NCBI GenBank assembly: GCA_030704615.1
Contig: CM060734.1
Location: forward strand, 43,586,001-43,650,000
DNA from: Takakia lepidozioides
Lineage: Eukaryota > Plantae > Bryophyta
Length of the DNA: 64,000 nucleotides
Direction: 5' to 3'
The translations under genes were made by a program, and so were the position numbers. The notes beneath the pieces are model-generated. The model worked only from the letters and a program-made list of their open reading frames with translations. It ran no database searches and had not been told where the DNA came from. Below, in pieces: positions 11,177-23,109 of the stretch (the stretch's first letter is position 1; each line of letters begins with the position of its first letter).

Positions 11177-14100
11177 TCACCAGTAATCCCCACAAGAACA
11201 AATCCCATCTTCAAAGTGGTGAAAGCGGTTAGCGTCCCGTACAACAATTGCTCGGCCAACAATCTTTGAGATGAATTTGGTGGAGGTGTGGCAGTCACCA
11301 CACACTCGAAGATTCTTGATGAGACGGAGAGGCGTCCTGGGGGTCGTGCTGATCAGCCCAAAACCAATGGCCAGCTTCTCACTGTGGTGGCAAAGAGAAA
11401 ATTCCTTTTCCTCCTCCCCCACATCATGCAATACAAAGCGCGTGTCAGGCACATACCCCGCCTTCTTCATCTGCCCAGACAATCTTCTCAGCTCAGCATG
11501 GATTTCCTTAATTCTGGGATGCAACTTGTCAGCTACAACGAAGGTGTGCACCCTGTTGCCAACCTCAATGCAGCAGCGACCTGGCTCCTTTCTAACCCCT
11601 TTGACCTTCATCATTCTTCTCTCACTTTGCAGTATCATCCCACCTGCCAGCTGCAGCATAGATGTTTGAGAGCAACACATAAGTCGCGGCATCCTGTTCA
11701 TCCCACATGAGGATAGATGTTGCTGCACGTTCAGCCATCTCCACATTGCCATGGATTCTGCAGGCACCAAGCAGGGCCTTCCACGCCATAGCATCTGGAT
11801 TGATGGGCATTTTATTAATCAGGTCCACTGCCTCATCCAGTTGTCCCGCACGTCCAAGAAGGTCCACCATGCAGCCAAAGTGCTTTACTGTCGGAGTGAC
11901 ACCATGATCTTGACTCAGGGAATCAAAGTAGCGTCTTCCTTCATTCAGTAGGCCAGCGTGGCTGCATGCAGAGAGAACACATATAAAGGTGATACTGTCC
12001 GGCTTCAAGCCGTTCTTTTGCATTCCTTCAAATAGTTGCACGACCTCCCTATGACGACCATGCTGTGCATATCCTGCGATCATCGCGTTCCACGACACCA
12101 CATCTCGTTCAGCCATATTGTCAAACACTCCCTTTGCATCCTCGATGCACCCACATTTGGCATACATGTCCACCAGGGTATTGTTCAGGATGACATCTGG
12201 TACGATTCCAGCTCTCACGATGTCCCCATGCACCTCTTTGCCCTTTTCCAGGGCTGCCAGGCTTGCACACGCATTGCAAACGCACACAAACGTGATGTGG
12301 TTGGGCTTCACCCCTTCGCACATCATTTGCTCATACGTCTCCAAAGCCTCCATCCCGCGCCCCTGCTGTGCATATCCTGCGAGCATCGCGTTCCACGACA
12401 CCACATTTCGTTCAGCCATATTGTCAAACACTCCCTTTGAATCCTCGATGCTCCCACATTTGGCATACATGTCCACCAGGGTATTGTTCAGGATCACATC
12501 TGGTACGATTCCAGCTCTGATGATGTCGTCATGCACCTCTTTGCCCTTTTCCAGGGCTGCCAGGCTTGCACATGCACTGCAAACGCACACAAACGTGACG
12601 TGGTCGGGCTTCACCCCTTCGCACATCATTTGCTCATACGTCTCCAAAGCCTCCATCCCGCACCCATGCTGTGCATACCCTGCGAGCATCGCACTCCACG
12701 ACACCACATTTCGTTCAGCCATATTGTCGAACACACCCCTTTGCATATGCTCCCACATTTGGCATACATGTCCACCAGGGCAGTGTTCAGGATCACATCT
12801 GGTACGATTGATGTCGCCATATACCTCTTTGCCCTTTTCCAGGGCTGCCAGGCTTGCACACGCACTGCAAACGCACACAAACGTGATGTGGTCGGGCTTC
12901 ACCCCTTCGCACATCATTTGCTCATACGTCTCCAAAGCCTCCATCCCGCGCCCCTGCTGTGCATACCCTGCGAGCATCGCGTTCCACGACACCACATTGC
13001 GTTCAGCCATATTGTCGAACACTCCCTTTGCATGCTCGATGCTCCCACATTTGGCATACATGTTCACCAGGGCAGTGTTCAGGATCACATCTGGTACGAT
13101 TCCAGCTCTCACGATGTCGCCATGCACCTCTTTGCCCTTTTCCAGGGCTGCCAGGCTTGCACACGCATTGCAAACGCACACAAACGTGATGTGGTCGGGC
13201 TTCACCCCTTCGCACATCATTTGCTCATACGTCTCCAAAGCCTCCATCTCGCGACCCTGCTGTGCATACCCTGCGAGCATCGCACCCCACGACACCACAT
13301 TTCGTTCAGCCATATTGTCGAACACTCCCTTTGCATGCTCGATGCTCCCACATTTGGCATACATGTCCACCAGGGCAGTGTTCAGGATCACATCTGGTAC
13401 GATTCCAGCTCTCACGATGTCGCCATGCACCTCTTTGCCCTTTTCCAGGGCTGCCAGGCTTGCACACGCATTGCAAACGCACACAAACGTGATGTGGTCG
13501 GGCCTCACCCTTTCGCACATCATTTGCTCATACGTCTCCAAAGCCTCCATCCCGCGCCCCTGCTGTGCATACCCTGCGAGCATCGCACCCCACGACACCA
13601 CATTTCGTTCAGCCATATTATCGAACACTCCCTTTGCATGCTCGATACTCCCACATTTGGCATACATGTCCACCAGGGCAGTGTTCAGGATCACATTTGG
13701 TACAATTCCAGCTCTCACGATGTCGCCATGCACCTCTTTGCCCTTTTCTAGGGCTGCCAAGCTTGCACACGCACTGCACACGCACACAAACGTGATTTGG
13801 TTGGGCTTCACCCCTTCCCCCATCATTTGCTCATAGGTCTCCAAAGCATTCCTACCACACCCATGCTTGGTAAATCCTGCCAACATTATATTCCACGTGA
13901 TCAAAGATCGTTGAGGCATTCTGTTGAACACTTGGTGAGCATCCATGATGCTCCCGCACTTAACATACATGGTGACAAGGGTGTTGAGGAGAAAAACATT
14001 TGGTGTGAATCCACTTTGGATAATGTGAGTGTGCACCTGCTTTCCAGCTTCCAGGCCTTTCACCTTGATGCACTTACGCAAGAGACAGACATACGTTTCT

Positions 14101-14370
14101 GAATCTGCTGAAATGCCTCCTTGGTTCAAAGTCTGTAGAGCCTCTTTCAGTCTGCCTGCCTCACAAAGCATCTTCACATGCCCAGAAAAGTCAGAAGAGG
14201 CATTGTGGACTCCCTCTCTTGATCCTCTTCCAGAACCTGTGGTCATGGCTGAGGTGCCTGATTTCATCAACTGTGCCGCTGCAGCTGCTGCCCTTAGTTG
14301 ACCATCTACCCATGCAGGATTCTTAGCTATTGATCCACAGGGAATCATAGGTAATCTCGTGCTTGAAATC
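11177..14370 (-). CDS. PLS-class PPR-E-DYW (PG-box type, C-to-U editing-factor architecture), main exon, with a +1 frameshift at ~11622 before the DYW domain
   Basis: The 920-aa ORF contains about 23 L/S/P motifs, P2-L2-S2 and E1-E2. The overlapping ORF 11177-11794 supplies [28 protein letters not shown] and the terminal DYW. Confidence 0.93.
12085..13830 (-). repeat. About six near-identical 303-bp L-S-P PPR triplet repeats
   Basis: The 101-aa unit [38 protein letters not shown].. recurs every 303 nt, and one unit is 15 nt shorter. Confidence 0.95.
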
Positions 14371-16345
14371 TGGCGGACCCACACTCCATCCCTGCTCCTT
14401 CAGCTATCCATGCCTCTGCACAAACCATGCATACATCCTTGCCTTGCTGCTAGCAGCTGACAATGACAGCCTAGGTTTGTTCTAGGAAACACCCAACTCA
14501 GCTTATCACACTAGTTCCTATGCTCATTGCGTCTGCTACTGTCTGTAATCCAACAGGCATTCACCTTGTTGCCTCGATTGTCCGTTTGACTGGGGTCAGA
14601 CAAGAATTCTTTCCAGGGCTTCTCCTCTTCTCTCTTACCTGTTTCTGGATACTTTCCTGTTGTCAAATTGGCAGTATCATGTCAAAGTCACTCCAAACTA
14701 TCAAAGGGTCACTCAACCAGCTAACTTGCAGAAGTCGAAAATTTAGGGCCGGTTCTGATAAGAGGGAAAAACAGGGTGAAATGGGTTGAAGAAGGTGCCT
14801 TCATTAGCAGTGCCTGATTTTATCAATTGTGCCGCTGCTGCTGCGGCTTCCAGTTGACCATCTACCCATGCAGGTTTCTTGTAGCTATTGATCCACAGGG
14901 AATCATAGGTAATCTCGTGCTTGAAATCTGGCCCTCTTGGATGAATCTGGACCCACACTCCATCCTGCTCCTTCAGCTATCCACGCCTCTGCACAAATCA
15001 TGCATACATCCTTGCCTTGCTGCTAGCAGCTGACAATGACAGCCTAGGTTTGTTCTAGGAAACACCCAACTCAGCTTATCACACTAGTTCCTATGCTCAT
15101 TGCGTCTGCTACTGTCTGTAATCCAACAGGCATTCACCTTGTTGCCTCGATTGTCCCACCATTGACTGGGGTCAGAAAAGTATTCTTTCCACAGCTTCTC
15201 CTCGTCTCTCTTACCTGTTTCTGGATACTTTCCTGTTGTCACATTGGCAGTATCATGTCAAAGTCACTCCAAACTATCAAAAGGTCACTCAACCAGCTAA
15301 CTTGCAGAATTCAACATGAAAATTTAGGGCCGGTTCTCATAAGAGGGAAAAACAGGGTGAAATGGGTTGAAGAAGGTGCCTTCATTAGCAGTGCCTGATT
15401 TTATCAATTGTGCCGCTGCTGCTGCGGGCTTCCAGTTGACCATCTACCCATGCAGGTTTCTGTAGCTATTGATCCACAGGGAATCATAGGTAATCTTGCG
15501 CTTGAAATCTGGCCCTCTTGGATGAATCTGGACCCACACTCCATCCCTGCTCCTTCAGCTATCCATGCCTCTGCACAAATCAGGCATACATCCTTGCCTT
15601 GCTGCTAGCAACAGACAATGACAGCCTAGGTTTGTTCTAGGAAACACCCAACCATACTTATCACACTAGTTCCTATGCTGACTTGCATCTGCTTCCAACA
15701 GGCATTCACCTTTTTGTCTCCATTGTCCCACCATTGACTGGTGTCCGAGAAGTGTTCATTCCAAAGCTTCTCCTCGTCTCTGTTATCTGTTTTTGGATAC
15801 TTTCCTGCTGCCACATCGGCACTAACTCAAATTCATCATTCCAAACCACCACAGATCCACTGCAACATATGGCAAGTGAAAGGCTACAACTTGGATGCGG
15901 ACACCATGTTCAATATGCAAATTCAGCGCCGAGTCTGATGAGAGCGCAAAACAGGCTGAAATAGGTCGAAGAAGAAGGTGCCCTCACCACATTGTCCTTG
16001 ACCTTGTGTCATGACCCATGGAGGATTTGACCGACCATCAATCCAAAAGGACCTCGTGTGTGTACTGCTTGTGTCTGTAGTCAGGTAATCTCGGATTGGT
16101 CTGTGAGAACCACCACGGTGCAGATGAGCAGGCAGAGCTTGAAACACGGCCTGCTAAGACCAAGCTGACTCTCCCAAGAACCTTGTAAACATCAGGAAGA
16201 ATACCAAATCATGGTACTAACAGGAGCCAAGAGCCCACATTTGCAGGATGGAAGTCACATCGTACATTAAGAAAAAGCCACACCTTGCGATTGCGGTTGT
16301 CCCACCATCGTGAAGGATCTTTAAAAAACTCATGCCAGCTCTGCT
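14280..16345 (-). CDS. 5' exons of the PPR-DYW gene encoding four OSB-type PDF motifs (partly degenerate); start codon unresolved
   Basis: SWHEFFKDPSRWWDNRNRK (GT-AG intron 16283-16101) TNPRLPDYRHK..WIDGRSNPPWV. EKLWNEHFSDTSQWWDNGDKK|[19 protein letters not shown]. Exon 15232-15138 EKLWKEYFSDPSQWWDNRGNK (intron 15137-14947) [33 protein letters not shown] fourth damaged copy runs into the PPR ORF. Confidence 0.78.
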
Positions 16346-16858
16346 CCGTGCTCCAAGGTAGAGGTTTGTGATCGAAAGTCCGACAGCATCAACATGTTGA
16401 CATGGTCCTTTACTGAGGGGTGCTAGTGAGCTTTCAACAACATTCATGCAAGTTGTTTTGGGCTCCATTGGGGCTCTACACGATGAGGAACAACGACCTC
16501 CCACTCTGCTCAAGAAACGTGTGCTTTTACCAAACTTTAAACAAGGATATTACTGTGCTCTTCCAAGGTGGCGGGGGTCAGGGGCCCTACATCGACCACC
16601 GGTTCGTCGTAGTGCCGTTCTAATGGCTCTTAGCAGTTATAGCGCTTGCATGCAGCCGCCAAATGGGCCCCACATGCAATTGCCGCCTTTCGGACAGCCA
16701 TGTGTTGATGTGCTGATTTGTTTTCTGGACGACTTGGGGTACATACCTATATTGGAATTTGGAACGTGAGAGAAAAAAAAAAAAAAAAAAAAAACTTAAA
16801 TGCCAAGACCCAAGGTAAAAGACTCTGGCTGCTCAGTGCCTTCCTCTCTGGTCGTTTC

Positions 16859-17505
16859 CAGTGTTGGACTGGTATACCTGGTTTAACCTAGGTATGGAAT
16901 ACAGGTATGAATATATATATTGAAGAACATACCAAGTCGGGTATGAAAGAACCAGTGTACCCATGTGATACACGTACTAGGGGAGTATGGCTTTAGGATT
17001 CCCCCCACACATACCATACCAGTCTGGGTATATGGAGGAATAGTATGGTCCCGATACCAGTATTGCGGTGAGATGGAGGTAGGTATGAGTATATGTTAGT
17101 GCAGCTAGTTATACCCTGTACTACAATTTGGTTAATTCAAGGCTCCATGTTGCAATTTAGACTTCACTTGCTGTTTCGTGCTACTTTGGGTTATCTTCCC
17201 CTTTGCCTAGTGTTTCAGGGCTTGGATTCAAATTAGCTATGTGCTAAATGACATTTATTTCTATGTATGCTGAGCTGTAGAAATACCATACCAGTGCTCA
17301 TACCCCCCCAGTATCACTACAGAGAAAGGGCAATACCAGTACCATACTCATATACAGCCCAAAGTACAACTACTCATACCAGATTCATACCCAAGTTGCT
17401 CATACCTGTATAGATACCTATACCAGCCTGGTATGAAAAAAGGGTGGGACCCTTCATACCAGGACCAGTCTGGTATTAAAAAATGGATATACCAATCCAA
17501 CACTG
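16859..17505. mobile_element. hAT-superfamily MITE (647 bp)
   Basis: TIR CAGTGTTGGA(C/T)TGGTATA matches at 17 of 18 positions. Perfect 8-bp TSD GTCGTTTC at 16851-16858 and 17506-17513. GGTAT motifs cluster on the left and ATACC motifs on the right. Confidence 0.93.
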
Positions 17506-17576
17506 GTCGTTTCCAGAGAACACTCTACAATCTCCAGACTGCAAATATAAGCTGGGTTAGCATATACTGGACAAGT

Positions 17577-20500
17577 TCGTTGTTCCTCGTCCGGGTAGAA
17601 CCCAATGGAGCCCAAAACAACTTGCATGAATGTTGTTGAAAGCTCACTAGCACCCCTCAGTAAAGGACCTTGTCAAAATGTTGATGCTGTCGGATTTTCG
17701 ATCACAAACCTCTACTTTGGAGCACGGAGCAGAGCTGGCATGAGTTTTTTAAAGATCCTCCACGATAGTGGGACAACCGCAGTCGCAACCGCAATTGCAA
17801 GGTGTGGCTTTTCTGAATGTACGATGTGACTCAAGTTTGTCCATCCTGCAAATGTGGGCTCTTGGCTCCTGTTAGTACCATCATTTGGTATTCTTCCTTA
17901 TGTTTACAAGGTTCTTGGGAGAGTCAGCTTGGTCTTAGCAGGCCGTGTTTCAATCTCTGCCTGCTCATCTGCACCGTGGTGTTTCTCACAGCCCAATCCG
18001 AGATTACCTGACGACAGACACAAGCAGCACACACAAGAGGTCCTTTTGGGTTGATGGTCGGCCAAATCCTCCATGGGCCATGACACAAGGTCAAGGACAA
18101 TGTTGTGAGGGCACCTTCTTCGACCTATTTCAGCCTGTTTTGCGCTCTCATCAGACACGGCGCTGAATTTGCATATTGAACATGGTGTCTGCATCCAAGT
18201 TGTAGCCTTTCACTTGACATATGTTGCAGTGGATCTGTGGTGTTTTGGAATGAATTTGACAAGTTAGTGCCAATGTGGCAGCAGGAAAGTATCCAAAAAC
18301 AGATAACAGAGACGAGGAGAAGCTTTGGAATGAACACTTCTCGGACACCAGTCAATGGTGGACAATGGAGACAAAAAGGTGAATGCCTGTTGGAAGCAGA
18401 TGCAAGTCAGCATAGGAACTAGTGTGATAAGTATGGTTGGGTGTTTCCTAGAACAAACCTAGGCTGTCATTGTCTGTTGCTAGCAGCAAGGCAAAGGATG
18501 TATGCATGATTTGTGCAGAGGCATGGATAGCTGAAGGAGCAGGATGGGTGTGGTCCAGATTCATCCAAGAGGGCCAGATTTCAAGCACGAGATTACCTAT
18601 GGTTCCTGTGGATCAATAGCTACAAGAAACCTGCATGGTAGATGGTCAACTGGAAGCCGCAGCAGCAGCGCACATTGATAAAATCAGGCACTGCTAATGA
18701 AGGCACCTTCCCCATTTCACCCTGTTTTTCCCTCTTAAGAGAACCGGCCCTAAATTTTCATGTTGAATTCTGCAAGTTAGCTGGTTGAGTGACCTTTTGA
18801 TAGTTTGGAGTGACTTTGACATGATAGTGCCAGTGTGACAACAGGAAAGTATCCAGAAACAGGTAAGAGAGACGAGGAGAAGCTGTGGAAAGAATACTTT
18901 CTGACCCCAGTCAATGGTGGACAATCAAGGCAACAAGGTGAATGCCTGTTGGATTACAGAGAGTAGCAGACGCAACGAGCATAGGAACTAGTGATAAGCT
19001 GAGTTGGGTGTTTCCTAGAACAAACCTAAGCTGTCATTATCAGCTGCTAGCAGCAAGGCAAGGATGTATGCATGATTTGTGCAGAGGCATGGATAGCTGA
19101 AGGAGCAGGGGTAGAGTGTGGGTACAGATTCATCCAAGAGGGCCAGATTTCAAGCACAAGATCACCTATGATTCTTTGTGGATCAATAGCTACAAGAATC
19201 CTGCATGGGTAGATGGTCAACTAAAGGCAGCAGCTGCAGCGGCACACTTGATAAAATCAGGCACCTCAACCATGACCACAGCTTCTGGAAGAGGATCAGA
19301 GAGGGAGTCCACAATGCCTCTTCTGGCACTTCTGGGCATGTGAAGATGCTTTGTGAGATGCAGGCAGACTGAAAGAGGCTCTACAGACTTTGAACCAAGG
19401 AGGCATTTCAGCAGATTCAGAAACGTATGTCTGTCTCTTGCGTAAGTGCATCAAGGTGAAAGGCCTGGAAGCTGGAAAGCAGGTGCACACTCACATTATC
19501 CAAAGTGGATTCACGCCAAATGTTTTTCTCCTCAACACCCTTGTCAACATGTATGTTAAGTGCGGGAGCATCATGGATGCTCACCAAGTGTTCAACAGAA
19601 TGCCTCAACGATCTTTGATCACGTGGAATATAATGTTGGCAGGATTTACCAAGCATGGGTGTGGTAGGAATGCTTTGGAGACCTATGAGCAAATGAGGGG
19701 ACGGGATGGCCCAACCACATCACGTTTGTGTGCGTGTGCAGTGCGTGTGTCCAAGCCCGGGCAGCCCTGGAAAAGGCAAGAGGTCATGCGACATCGTCAT
19801 AGCTGGAATCGTACCAGATGTGATCCTGAACAATACCCTGGTAGACATGTATGCCAAATTGGGAGCATCGAGCATGCAAGTGGAGTGTTCGACAATATGG
19901 CTGAACGAGAGTGGTGGTCCGTGGAGTGCGATGCCCGCAGGCTATGCACAGCAGGGGGGCTCGTGATGAGGCTTTGGAGACGTATGATCAAATGATGTGT
20001 GAAGGGGTGAAGCCCAACCACATCACGTTTGTGTGCTTTTGCAATGCCCGTGTGCAAGCCTGGCAGCCCTGGAAAGGGCAAACAGCTGCATGGCGACATC
20101 GTCAGAGCGGAATCGTACCAGATGTGATCCTGAACACTGCCCTGGTTTACATGTATGCCCAATGTGGGAGTATCAGGAGCTGCAAGGGAGTGTTCGACAA
20201 TATGGCTGAACGAAATGTTGGTGTCGTGGAACGCGATGCTCGCAGGGTATGCACAGCAGGGGGGCGGGATGGAGCTTTGGAGACCTATGAGCAAATGATG
20301 GGGGAGGGGTGAAGCCCAACCGCATCACGTTTTTTGTGCATTTGCAGTGCGTGTGCAAGCCCTGGCAGCCCTGGAAAAGGCAAAGAGGGTGCATGGCGAC
20401 TCGTCAGAGCTGGAATCGTACCAGATGTGGATCCTGAATACTGCCCTGGTGGACATGTATGCCAAATGTGGGTGCATCGAGGATGCAAAGGGAGTGTTCG

Positions 20501-22539
20501 ATAATATGGCTGAACGAGATGTGTGTTCGCGGAGTGCGATTATCGCAGGATAGGCACAGCAGGGGCGCGGGATGGATGCTTTGAGACGTATGAGCAATGA
20601 TGTGGAGGGGTGAAGCCCGACCACATCACGTTTGTGTGCGTTTGCAATGCGTGTGCAAGCCTGGCAGCCCTGGAAAAGGGCAAAGAGTGCATGGCGACAT
20701 CGTCGAGCTGGAAATTGTACCAGATGTGATCCTGAACACTGCCCTGGTGGACATGTATCCAAGTGTGGTTGCATCGAGGATGCAAAGGGAGTGTTCGACA
20801 ATATGGCTGAACGAGATGTGGGGTCGTGGAACGCAATGATCGCAGGATATGCACAGCAGGGGTGCGGGATGGAGGCTTTGGAGACGTATGAGCAAATGAG
20901 GTGCGAGGGTGAAGCCCCACCACATCACGTTTGTGTGCATTTGCAATGCGTGTGCAAGCCTGGCAGCCCTGGAAAGGGCAAAGAGGTTGCCTGGCGACAT
21001 CGTCCGAGCTGGAATTGTAACCATATGTCATCCTGAACAATACCTGGTGGCATGTATGCCAATGTGGGATCATCGAGCATGCAAGGGAGTGTTTGACATA
21101 TGGCGAACGAAATTTGGTGTCCGTGGAACGCGATGCTCGCAGGGTATGCACAGCATGGGCGCGGGAAGGAGGCTTTGAGACGTATGAGCAAATGATGTTG
21201 TCGAAGGGGTGAACCCGACCACGTCACGTGTGTGCGTTGCAGTGCGTGTGGCAGCCTGGCAGCCCTGGAAAAGGGCAAAGAGGTGCATGGCGACATCGTC
21301 AGAGCTGGAATTGTACCATATGTCATCCTGAACAATACCCTGGTGGACATGTATGCCAAATGTGGGTAGCATCGAGGATGCAAGGGAGTGTTTTGACAAT
21401 ATGGCTGAACGAGATGTGGTGTCGTGGAACGCGATGATCGTCAGGATATGCCAGCATGGTTGTCATAGGGAGGTCGTGCACTATTTGAAGGAATGCAAAA
21501 GAACGGCTTGAAGCCGGACCGTATCAACCTTTATATGTGTTCTCTCTGCATGCAGCCCGCTGGCCTACTGAATGAAGGAAGACGCTACTTTGATTCCCTG
21601 AGTCAAGATCATGGTGGTCACTCGACCGTAAAGCACTTTGGCTGCATGGTGGCCTTCTTGGACGTGCGGGACACTGGAGAGGCAGTGGACCTGATTAATA
21701 AAATGCCCTCAATCCAGAATGCTTGGTGTGGAATGCCCGCTTGGTGCCTGCAGAATCCATGGCAATGTGGAGATGGCTGAACGGCAGCAACATCTATCCT
21801 CATGTGGGATGAACAGGATTCGCGACTTATGTGTTGCTCTCAACATCTATGCTGCAGCTGGCAGGTGGGATGATACTGCAAAGGTGAGAAGAATGATGAA
21901 GGTCAGTGGGGTTAGAAAGGGCAGGTCGCTGCTGCATTGAGGTTGGCAACAGGGGTGCACACCTTCGTTGTAGCTGACAAGTTTGCATCCCCAGAATTAA
22001 GGAATTCATGCTGAGCTGAGAAGATTGTCTGGGCAGATGAAGAAGGCGGGGTATGTGCCGAACCCGCTTTGTATTGCATGATGTGGGGGAGGAGGAAAAG
22101 GAATTTTCTCTTTTGCCACCACAGTGAGAAGCTGGCCATTGTTTTGGGCTGATCAGCACGACCCCCAGGACGCCTCTCCGTCTCATCAAGAATCTTCGAG
22201 TGTGTGGTGACTGCCACACCTCCAACAAATTCATCTCAAGATTGTTGGCCGAGGCAATTGTTGTACGGGACGCTAACCGCTTTCACACCACTTTGAAGAT
22301 GGGATTTGTTCTTGTGGGGATTACTGGTGAAAGGATGTTTTCTTGGAAGATGCGAGTGTCTGGCTTCATTCAGAGCTACTCAGATCGTCCACCATTTCCT
22401 GAGAGTATTGACCATGATGTACTGTTGAGTGCATTTCCTGTGGCGTATCCACGGGAAATGATAGTGTGGTCTACCCGGCATCGGTGGAAGTCAGCCCCCA
22501 TATTGCACTTGACTGAAGGGTTGATATTGGACTGACTTT
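17577..22539 (+). pseudogene. Right arm of the inverted duplication: indel-riddled copy of the PDF-PPR-E-DYW gene
   Basis: Same order of PDF exons (three motifs), PPR triplets, E and DYW (GATTACTGGTGA at ~22319-22330). Dense 1-nt indels from ~19700 to 22300 and TGG>TAG in the first PDF motif (~17766). Confidence 0.85.
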
Positions 22540-23109
22540 AAGCAGGAGAGGCCATACCCGAGGCGCAACCCTTTCATTGCTGTGAAGCTGGAGGTAGTTC
22601 ATGGATTTTGCATGCTGGATTGTGAGGCCATCCACACCGTCCTCTGGAAATGCTATCATGGGGTTTCAGCTATGTCCCACATTCCCTGGATTATGCCTGC
22701 ACGAAGCAAGGCCAACTGCATTCAGCACCCTCCCTTTATTATTAGTATTGCAGAACATTTCAAAGCACTTCATTTTGTATCCATCGAAAACACTAGGCTG
22801 GAAAAAGACATTGTTGCAGCAGAACTTAGGAAAGTACTTCTCCCCTTTCACTACCACATGAAATGAAAGAAGCCAACCAACAGCATACTAGCCAAGAAAA
22901 TATGAACCAGCCAAGAAAAGAGCCAATATATGCAGTGAAGGTCGACACTAAATGAAACTTATCCAACACTTACATTAGAGGAGGGAGCTAAGTCTTACCT
23001 CCATAAGCTCCACATCAAATTTGGGAGCTTTCAGAATTTCTCCTTCTGGTTGAATGAACTTGGCTACAAGACCATACTGGTGTGGAGTTCTTCCCCAAAA
23101 CACCCCAAC

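Larger units (their letters stand above)
10968..16496 (-). repeat. Left arm of a ~5-kb inverted duplication
   Basis: The reverse complement matches 17577-22539 from the 3' UTR (aagtcagtccaatatca / tgatattggactgactt) to the 5' region (gaggaacaacga / tcgttgttcctc). Confidence 0.93.

Noticed and set aside
11177-11600. U-to-C (DYW:KP) editing domain
   Set aside because: It has a PG-type box ([10 protein letters not shown]), HSE and a DYW end, which fit the C-to-U class.
12118-13836. Long plus-strand ORFs (572 and 406 aa)
   Set aside because: Antisense shadows of the repetitive PPR reading frame.
22545-23100. Possible gene fragment next to the right arm
   Set aside because: Short, stop-interrupted frames with no motif I can recognise.
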